Assembly: GCA_043819075.1 (NCBI GenBank)
Contig: JBDRFE010000002.1
Span: 82,653-146,652 of the forward strand
Reading direction: 5' to 3'
DNA: 64,000 nt
Origin: an archaeon
Lineage (GTDB): Archaea > Iainarchaeota > Iainarchaeia > Iainarchaeales > 1-14-0-10-31-34
The translations under genes and the position numbers were made by a program. The notes beneath the pieces are model-generated. The model was not told where the DNA came from. It did not search any database and saw only the letters and a program-made list of their open reading frames with translations. The stretch's first letter is position 1; the number at the start of each line of letters is the position of its first letter. This document shows, in pieces, positions 56,980-64,000 of this stretch.

Positions 56980-58497
56980 TTATCTAATTAGATTTCTTCC
57001 AGCCATTTCTTTTGGTTTTTTTATTCCAAGCAGTTTCAGCATTGTCGGGGCAATGCCAATTAACCCTGAATTTCTCCTTAATTTTGCTTTTTTTAGTTTT
57101 TCGTTTCCTGTTACAAGAATACACGGCACTTTATTCAGTGTGTGTGAAGGGCAGGCTTCCCTGTTTTGGTAAAACATTTGTTCTGCGTTCCCATGGTCTG
57201 CGGTAATTATTGCTGTTCCGTTTCTTCCAAGAATTTCTTTCACTATTTCCCCTACACAGGAATCAACGGTTTTCACTGCTTTTATTGCTGCATCTAGTTT
57301 CCCTGAATGCCCGACTAAATCCGTGTTTGCGAAATTAATTATTATTACGTCAAAAAAATCTTTTTTTATTTCCTGTATTGCTTTTTCTTTGACTTCTATT
57401 GCGCTCATTTCAGGCTTTAAATCATAGGATGGCACTTTAGGTGAATTAACCAGAATTCTTGTTTCTCCTTTGTTTGGCTTTTCTGTCTGGCTGTTGAAAA
57501 AAAATGTTACGTGAGCGTATTTTTCTGTTTCAGCTATCCTTAACTGTTTTAACCGGTTTTCTGCCAAAACACTGCCTAAATTATTTTTCACTTTTTTTTG
57601 TTCAAATGCTATTCCGGCTTTTATTTTTTTGTCATATCTTGTCATGCACACAAAATCTGTTTTTGGCGCGCCAAACTTTTTTTCTGTAAAGCATTTGGTT
57701 AACTGCCTGCTCCTGTCAGAGCGGAAATTAAAGAAAACAACCAAGTCATTTTCTTCAATCAAAGAATTTTCGTTTTTTTCTCCTTCAATTATTATTGGCT
57801 TGACATAATAGTCTGTCTGGTCGCCTCTGTTGTATGCATTCTGTATTGCCTTTAACGCATCTTTTTCTTTGAATCCTGTTCCTTTTACCAGCAGTTCTAC
57901 TGCTTGTTTTGTCCTGTCCCAGTTATTGTCCCGGTCCATTGCATAATATCTTCCTATTATTGAAGCAATTCTTCCTGTTTTGTTTTTTTTGATTTCTTTT
58001 TCTAATTCTTTTAAGTATTTTGGAGCCGATTTTTCCGGCACATCTCTTCCGTCCAGAAATGCGTGGATTAAGACTTTTTTTGCTTTCAGTTTTTTGGTTA
58101 ACTTCATTAAAGCGTATAAATGTTTTGTTGTTGCATGGACTCCTGTGTCTGATAACAATCCAAGTAAATGAATTTTTTTGTTTTCTTTTACTGCTTTTTT
58201 TATTGCATTTACTAGCACTGGATTTTTATAAAAGCTTCCATCTCTTATTGTGTTATTAATCAGCATTAATGGCTGGAATACTATTCTTCCTGCTCCGATA
58301 TGCAGGTGCCCTACTTCTGAGTTCCCCTGGCTTCCGTCCGGCAATCCCACTGCTTTTCCTGAGCATTTTAGCTCTGTGTGCGGGAATTCTTTCCAGTATT
58401 TCAGGAAATTTTCAGGCTGTGCGGCAATTACTGCATTTCCTTTTTCTTTTTTTCCTATTCCCCATCCGTCCATTATTATTAATGCAAGCGGTTTCAC
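56980..58497 (-). CDS. gpmI: 2,3-bisphosphoglycerate-independent phosphoglycerate mutase (bacterial-type GpmI)
   Basis: IMDGWG, GNSEVGH, DGRD, GRYYAMDRD, AETEKYAHVTFF, TADHGNAE. Confidence 0.96.
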   Translation of the reverse strand: MKPLALIIMDGWGIGKKEKGNAVIAAQPENFLKYWKEFPHTELKCSGKAVGLPDGSQGNSEVGHLHIGAGRIVFQPLMLINNTIRDGSFYKNPVLVNAIKKAVKENKKIHLLGLLSDTGVHATTKHLYALMKLTKKLKAKKVLIHAFLDGRDVPEKSAPKYLKELEKEIKKNKTGRIASIIGRYYAMDRDNNWDRTKQAVELLVKGTGFKEKDALKAIQNAYNRGDQTDYYVKPIIIEGEKNENSLIEENDLVVFFNFRSDRSRQLTKCFTEKKFGAPKTDFVCMTRYDKKIKAGIAFEQKKVKNNLGSVLAENRLKQLRIAETEKYAHVTFFFNSQTEKPNKGETRILVNSPKVPSYDLKPEMSAIEVKEKAIQEIKKDFFDVIIINFANTDLVGHSGKLDAAIKAVKTVDSCVGEIVKEILGRNGTAIITADHGNAEQMFYQNREACPSHTLNKVPCILVTGNEKLKKAKLRRNSGLIGIAPTMLKLLGIKKPKEMAGRNLIR

Positions 58498-58859
58498 CTG
58501 ATTACCTCTAATATTGTTTCTTTTCCTTTTGAATCAAATGCTTTGATGCTGTTTAAATTAAACGGCCAACAGATTATTAAGTGTATTTTCCCTAAAGCAG
58601 AAAAAACTTTCAGGTCTCCTGCTGAAGGAAAATTATTCGGGCTTGGATGCGAGTGAATTGTTCCTACAATGCTCCTGTCAAACGGCATCAAGTCTGCCCT
58701 GATAGAAGAATAATTTTTTCCGTACACTGATGGAAAAATTACTAATTCTGTTATCTCGTTTTTTTCATTCACTCCAAGCATTGAAATGAATTCGTTTGGG
58801 TAAACCTGTTTTGATGCAATAATAATTGACTCTATTGCTGTTTCTTTTATTTTAGCCAT
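58494..58859 (-). CDS. JAMM/MPN+ metalloprotease
   Basis: YPNEF, GTIHSHPS...PS.GD. Confidence 0.9.
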   Translation of the reverse strand: MAKIKETAIESIIIASKQVYPNEFISMLGVNEKNEITELVIFPSVYGKNYSSIRADLMPFDRSIVGTIHSHPSPNNFPSAGDLKVFSALGKIHLIICWPFNLNSIKAFDSKGKETILEVIR

Positions 58860-60096
58860 TGTTTTTTTCACTTTTTATCATAAATTTAAGGACAATTATT
58901 CCTGCAATAACAGAACCTGAAAAGAAAGCAACAAATGTGGCTATTGCTGCTCCCAACAAAGAAAACAATGGTATTAAGAGCAAATTGGAAAACCACGCAA
59001 GTATCAATACACTAAACGCAATAACCACTGAATATTTTTCTTTTTCAATCCCTATTAAAATAATGCATAAAATATAGAACATTGCAACAAAAATTGAAGC
59101 AAGACTAAGAACTTGTAATGAAGGAGAAGCCGGTGCAAACTCCCTGCCAAAAAGAATTGTCAAAATTTGAAAGCTGAAAACAAAAATTGCTATTGTCGTG
59201 GTTAAAATGAATATTATAAAATATTTGAAAGTTTTGCTCAAATTTTTTTTGAGTTCAACAATTTTTTTATTTGAAAAAGATTCTGAAACAACAGGGAATA
59301 AAGCTCCAGAAAGAGCCATCGTTAAATAATAAGGAAACCTGGCTATTTGTAGTGCTGCGTTGTATTGCCCAACAAAATAATCTTGCACTAAAATTGATTT
59401 AACTGAAAACAAACCTAAAGTAAATGAGCTCTCAAAAAGAAAACTGAAAATGGTTATTGGTATTGCTAGTTTAAGAATTTTAATTAAGTTAAAAGATTTC
59501 GTTGCTTTTTTAGTTTTAGAATAATACAAGCCTAATATTAAAGCAGATAATGGGGCTATTGCAAAACCAATAACTGCTCCCAAAACAGAGAATCCTAGCA
59601 AAACTAGTAATACAATGATAAAAAACTTTGTAATTGAATAAGAAATGGTTATTGCAGCTTGCTTTGAGTAATCTTTCAGACCATTAAAATATCCTAAAAA
59701 AACAGGGTAAAAAAAATAAATCGGAATCATTATTGAACTCATTCTTATTAAATTTCCAAGTGAAGGGTCATTTAAAATTTGGGCAATTAGATCTGCCGAC
59801 AAAAAATAAGCTATAAAAAGAATTGTTCCGCTAAATGCGCTTAGTTTAATTCCAGCGCTTTTTATTTCTTCAGATTCTTCAGGATTTTTTGAAATAAACT
59901 TACTTACCGCCCCGTTCACTCCGCTTGAAAAAATTATTATTACTAATGAAAGAAGAGACACAACAACTGCATAAATTCCATAATTTGCGGCTCCAAGTGT
60001 TTTTGCCAGAAATATATTTACTCCATAACTAAAAACCATATAAATCAAATTAGCAAAAAATAAAGATAAAGTGCCGAACAAAAGAATCCTTTTCAT
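58852..60096 (-). CDS. Polysaccharide flippase (Wzx/MOP family)
   Basis: About 12 TM; LG..NYGIY, LFP.VS, LLIP.F...GAAIAT. Confidence 0.88.
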   Translation of the reverse strand: MKRILLFGTLSLFFANLIYMVFSYGVNIFLAKTLGAANYGIYAVVVSLLSLVIIIFSSGVNGAVSKFISKNPEESEEIKSAGIKLSAFSGTILFIAYFLSADLIAQILNDPSLGNLIRMSSIMIPIYFFYPVFLGYFNGLKDYSKQAAITISYSITKFFIIVLLVLLGFSVLGAVIGFAIAPLSALILGLYYSKTKKATKSFNLIKILKLAIPITIFSFLFESSFTLGLFSVKSILVQDYFVGQYNAALQIARFPYYLTMALSGALFPVVSESFSNKKIVELKKNLSKTFKYFIIFILTTTIAIFVFSFQILTILFGREFAPASPSLQVLSLASIFVAMFYILCIILIGIEKEKYSVVIAFSVLILAWFSNLLLIPLFSLLGAAIATFVAFFSGSVIAGIIVLKFMIKSEKNNG

Positions 60097-60172
60097 TATA
60101 TATGGATAAGAATAGAAAACAAATAAAATTTGATCTAAACACACATTAAATCAGAAAAAATTGAAATAGAGG

Positions 60173-60982
60173 TTGAGTTTATTGATTAAAAAGCTAGCTA
60201 ATAAACTTAAACAAATTGTTTTCATTTTAAGGTTATTTAAAAACTGGGGGTTAATTTTGCCAACTTTTTTGGGGGTCAGTTCAAAGGACAAAATTAAATG
60301 TATTTTGAGAAATGATCTGATTTTCAATACAAGAAATAATAAAGTTGATTTAGTTGTTTTGATCGAATGCTTATCTTCAAAAGCATACACTATTTATAAA
60401 AAAATTAAGCAAGAAGATATAATAATTGATATAGGGGCGAATATTGGGGCGTTTTCTGTTTATGCGGGGTCAATTGCCAGAAAAGGAAAAATTTATTGTT
60501 TTGAACCAGAAAAAGAAAATTTTACTCTGCTTAAAGAGAACATTAAATTGAATGGTTTGTCTAATAGTAAGGCATTTAATCTTGCGGTAGGAGGTAAAGA
60601 GAAAATAGATAAAATTTTTTTATCTGAAAGTAGCAGTGAACACAGTGTTTGTCTTCCTGCAAAGGCAACTGGGAAAGTTGTTGCGGTTAAATTTGTCTCC
60701 CTTGAAAAAATATTTAATGATAATAATCTTAGTTATTGTGATTTCATGAAAATTGACTGTGAAGGAGGGGAATATGACATTTTGTTTTCTTGCCCGAAGA
60801 AAATTCTAGAAAAAATAAAATACATCGCATTAGAATTTCATGATTTTAAAGGAAGTTATAACCACCTTAAATTAAAGGAATATCTAGAAAAAAATGGCTT
60901 TAAGGTAATACTTTCAGTTCAAGAAAATTTTTATATAAAACCTTTTTTTAAGTTAGGGATGATTTATGCTGAAAGGAAATAA
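60173..60982 (+). CDS. FkbM-family methyltransferase
   Basis: IDIGANIG, FEP, MKIDCEGGE, LEFH. Confidence 0.92.
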   Translation: MSLLIKKLANKLKQIVFILRLFKNWGLILPTFLGVSSKDKIKCILRNDLIFNTRNNKVDLVVLIECLSSKAYTIYKKIKQEDIIIDIGANIGAFSVYAGSIARKGKIYCFEPEKENFTLLKENIKLNGLSNSKAFNLAVGGKEKIDKIFLSESSSEHSVCLPAKATGKVVAVKFVSLEKIFNDNNLSYCDFMKIDCEGGEYDILFSCPKKILEKIKYIALEFHDFKGSYNHLKLKEYLEKNGFKVILSVQENFYIKPFFKLGMIYAERK

Positions 60983-61862
60983 ATTTGATTTTAGTGTCGT
61001 TATTCCAGCCAAAAATGCAGAAAAGACTATTGAGAGATGCATAATTTGTTTGTTGAATCAAGATTACCCGAAAAAGAAATATGAAATAATACTAGTTGAC
61101 AATAATTCTGTAGATAATACTGTAAAAAAAGCCGGAAATTTTCCAGTTAAAATTTTTTTTAATGTAAAGAAAGGGGCAGGGCCTACAAGAAATTTAGGGG
61201 TAAAAAAAGCTAAAGGCAAAATAATCGCTTTTATTGATAGCGACCGTTTTGCTGAAAAAAATTGGCTAAAAGAAGCTAAACTTTTTTTTGAAAGAAATAA
61301 AAACTTAAACATTGTTGCAGGAAAAATTGTTTTAGACAAATATTCTATTATAAAAAAATCAATTTTTATGGCTAAAATGGATCAGGCTTTTTTTGTAGAA
61401 AATGGTTTTGCGGCAACCTGCAACATGTTTATTAAAAAGGAAACCTTCAATAAACTTGGAGGCTTTGATGAAAGATTTTTTATTACAAATGAAGATGTTG
61501 AATTTGGGGAACGAGCTAACGCTTTTGGGGAAAAAATCGCTTTGCTAGAAAAAGCTGTTGTTAGATATAATCCTCGTCCGCTTTGGAAATATCTTAAAAA
61601 TGAATTCAGAAGAGGGCAGGCGATATCTCATTTGCTTTTTCTTAAAAAGAACGGATTGAATTATGAATTTCCCAAAGTGCATAAAACATTTAATCTTGTT
61701 AAAACAGTTATGTTTGACAGGAAATATGGTCTTTTTGAATTATTGTTTTTTTTGATTATAAACGGGACAGGCAAGCTTATCTGCGTTTTCGGTAAATTAT
61801 TTGAAGACTGTTTTTTATTAATGGGTTACAGAAAAAAAGAATTGGGTTTTGATGTCAGTTAA
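60966..61862 (+). CDS. Glycosyltransferase family 2
   Basis: SVVIPAKN, VDNNSVD, FIDSD, GGFDE, ED. Confidence 0.92.
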   Translation: MLKGNKFDFSVVIPAKNAEKTIERCIICLLNQDYPKKKYEIILVDNNSVDNTVKKAGNFPVKIFFNVKKGAGPTRNLGVKKAKGKIIAFIDSDRFAEKNWLKEAKLFFERNKNLNIVAGKIVLDKYSIIKKSIFMAKMDQAFFVENGFAATCNMFIKKETFNKLGGFDERFFITNEDVEFGERANAFGEKIALLEKAVVRYNPRPLWKYLKNEFRRGQAISHLLFLKKNGLNYEFPKVHKTFNLVKTVMFDRKYGLFELLFFLIINGTGKLICVFGKLFEDCFLLMGYRKKELGFDVS

Positions 61863-62925
61863 CTTCTATTGACTTATAAGTATTTAGGTAATTTTTTATG
61901 ATTTTGTCCCAAGAATAATTCTTTTCAGCATATTTTTTTGCCTTGTTTCCAAAAGCTTTTGCTTTTTCTTTATTTTTTATTAAGAAACATATTTTTTCTA
62001 TGAATTTTTTTTTATTTCTTTCTTCTAAAAGGAAACCATTTTTTTCATTTTTGATTGCATCTTTTATTCCTTCAAGATTAGATGCTATGACAGGCAAACC
62101 ATATGATGCCGCTTCTATTGATACAACCCCAAACCCTTCCATATCTCCTTTAACCCTTATGTTTGGCATTACAAATATGTCAGAGCAAACAAAAATTTCT
62201 TCCAAAAATTTATTTTCTGTTTCCCCCAACAAAAACACATTTTTATCAAGATTTTTTTCTTTTATTATTCTTTCTATTTTATTTTTCATTACCCCTTTTC
62301 CAACAATCAGGTAAACCAAATTTTCGTGTTTTTTTAGAATTTCCGGGAGGACTTCTGATAAAAACCAATGAAATCCTTTTCTTTCCACAAGTCTTCCTAC
62401 AGAAAGTAAAATTTTTTTTCCATCTAAGTCTATTTTCAATTTTTCTTTTAATCTGTTCTTGTTGCATTTAATCTCTGTTTTTTCTTGCATTCCTATTGGG
62501 ATAAAAACGCATTTATTTATCGGAATCCTTTTTTTTTTGCATTCTTTTATGACTTCATTGCTTATGCAGATTATTTTATCATATTTTTTGATGAAAAAAG
62601 GAATTATTTTTTGATAAAAAAAATTTGGAAAAGTTACATCTAATCCGTGCAAAGTTAAAACAATTGGAAAGCCTTTAACTTTTTTTATTACAGGGCCTAA
62701 AGGGCTTAATAAGCCGTCCCCAATATGGACAACACACTTTTCTTTTTCACAAAAAGCTTTTATAAGCGCATAAAACATAAAAAATGGCAAAAAAATCTGA
62801 GGTTTTTTTAGTGCAATTACCTCACTCTTGGTTATTTTAGAAACCCTTGCTGTAACTTCATAACTTAATCTTTCCATGCCTCCAATAGAAGGAGGATATT
62901 TTCTGGTAATGAAAATTATTTTCAT
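61855..62925 (-). CDS. Glycosyltransferase family 4
   Basis: YPP.IGG.E, VGRL...KG, EGFGVV.IEA...LPVIAS. Confidence 0.92.
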   Translation of the reverse strand: MKIIFITRKYPPSIGGMERLSYEVTARVSKITKSEVIALKKPQIFLPFFMFYALIKAFCEKEKCVVHIGDGLLSPLGPVIKKVKGFPIVLTLHGLDVTFPNFFYQKIIPFFIKKYDKIICISNEVIKECKKKRIPINKCVFIPIGMQEKTEIKCNKNRLKEKLKIDLDGKKILLSVGRLVERKGFHWFLSEVLPEILKKHENLVYLIVGKGVMKNKIERIIKEKNLDKNVFLLGETENKFLEEIFVCSDIFVMPNIRVKGDMEGFGVVSIEAASYGLPVIASNLEGIKDAIKNEKNGFLLEERNKKKFIEKICFLIKNKEKAKAFGNKAKKYAEKNYSWDKIIKNYLNTYKSIEVN

Positions 62926-62927
62926 TT

Positions 62928-63811
62928 CTATTTCCCTTTCATGTCAGCAAGAAACCCAAACAGAATTACCTGCAGCCCTGTTACAATTAAAATCATTGTT
63001 AAAATCATTAAAGCAATGTGGCCTGTAATCCCTGAAGTAAGGTGCAGGAATAAAAGATATGATCCGACGAAAACCCCTAACCCTAACAGCCAAACTCCGA
63101 TTAACCCGAAAAACTTTAACGGAGCGTAATCCCTGTAAACCCTGAATAAATTGATTCCGGCTTTTATTGCATAATCAAACGGGTTTGATATCAGCCTGCT
63201 TTTATCGTCTCTTTTCCTGAAAACACAGGGAATTTCTTTCACTGAAAGCTTTTCTTTTACTGCCCTGATAATTTGCTCTTGAGTGTAGGTATAGTTTGCC
63301 CTTATATCAAGTTCTGCAACTCTTGCATTGAATGCCCTAAAACCAGTCTGTGCATCAGTTATTTTTTGTTTTGTTATATTTGAAATCACTTTAGAGAAAG
63401 CAATGTTTCCTGCTTTTTTAAGCAAAGGCATTTCCTCTATTTTTCCAAGAAACCTGCTTGCCAACACCAAGTCTGTTCCTTTTCGTATTTCTTTTATCAT
63501 TAAAGGAATTTCTTTCAAATCATACTGGCCGTCAGCGTCAGTGTGAACAATTATTTCTGGCTTAAGCTTTAATGCTTCTTTCATTTCACTTCTGAATGTT
63601 TCAGCCAAACCCATGTTTTTTGGATGGGATACAACTATTGCTCCTTCTTTTTTTGCTGTTTCAGCGGTTTTGTCTGTGCTTCCGTCATCCAATACAAGAA
63701 TCCTGTAGTCTTCATTCTTCAGGTACTGCCTTGCTTCTTTTATCACTGAAGCAATTGTTTTTTCTTCGTTGAATGCAGGAATTGAAATTAAGATTATTTT
63801 TCTCCCCTCAT
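62928..63811 (-). CDS. DPM1-like glycosyltransferase family 2 (start uncertain, possible frameshift)
   Basis: IPAFNEE upstream of GTG 63746, DDGSTD, DADGQY, DAQTGFRAF, two C-terminal TMs. Confidence 0.85.
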
Positions 63812-63870
63812 TATTTTTAATACAGAATGATATATTTATACAACAGATAAATAAAAAACAGTGTGATGCT

Positions 63871-64000
63871 TTGATTGATTTTATTGCCTTTTTGATAACT
63901 TTATTTGTTCCAGGATACTTGCTAATTGAAAAGCATTTTTCGGGATTAGAAAAATGGGCTTTAAGTGTTTTCTTGTCACTTTCAGTAACAAGTTTTTTGT
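63871..64000 (+). CDS. Membrane protein N-terminus (3' end outside window)
   Basis: TTG start: IDFIAFLITLFVPGYLL...LEKWALSVFLSLS. Confidence 0.5.
   Translation, partial: MIDFIAFLITLFVPGYLLIEKHFSGLEKWALSVFLSLSVTSFL

Overview
AT-rich, gene-dense archaeal chromosome segment. Archaeal markers include rpl18a/LX, eIF6, L31e, L39e, S19e, S17e, Rpo6, aEF-1beta, pelota, ABCE1, class I CCA enzyme, Hjc, NurA/HerA/Rad50 and GGGP synthase. Compact layout, divergent proteins and many orphans suggest a DPANN lineage, possibly Iainarchaeota/Diapherotrites (inference only). The window holds about 75 CDS, four tRNA genes (Gly-TCC, Gly-GCC, Val-TAC, Arg-TCG), a type IV pilin cluster and the edge of a surface-glycosylation locus. 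Main observations: (1) a dispersed family of modular hairpin elements that follows tRNA 3' ends, makes up a 149-nt tRNA-Gly intron, and sits in the ribosomal operon between 27-bp direct repeats that duplicate the rpl18a start; (2) a CACCGG motif 53-55 nt upstream of nurA, herA, a catalytically degenerate PolB-like gene and a PIN nuclease, suggesting a DNA-repair regulon; (3) an RNase P Rpp21 - dephospho-CoA kinase fusion; (4) an Lrp-flanked N-methyltransferase + panD pair; (5) scattered orphans with Arg/Lys/Pro-rich termini. All calls come from manual motif recognition; no database searches were run.
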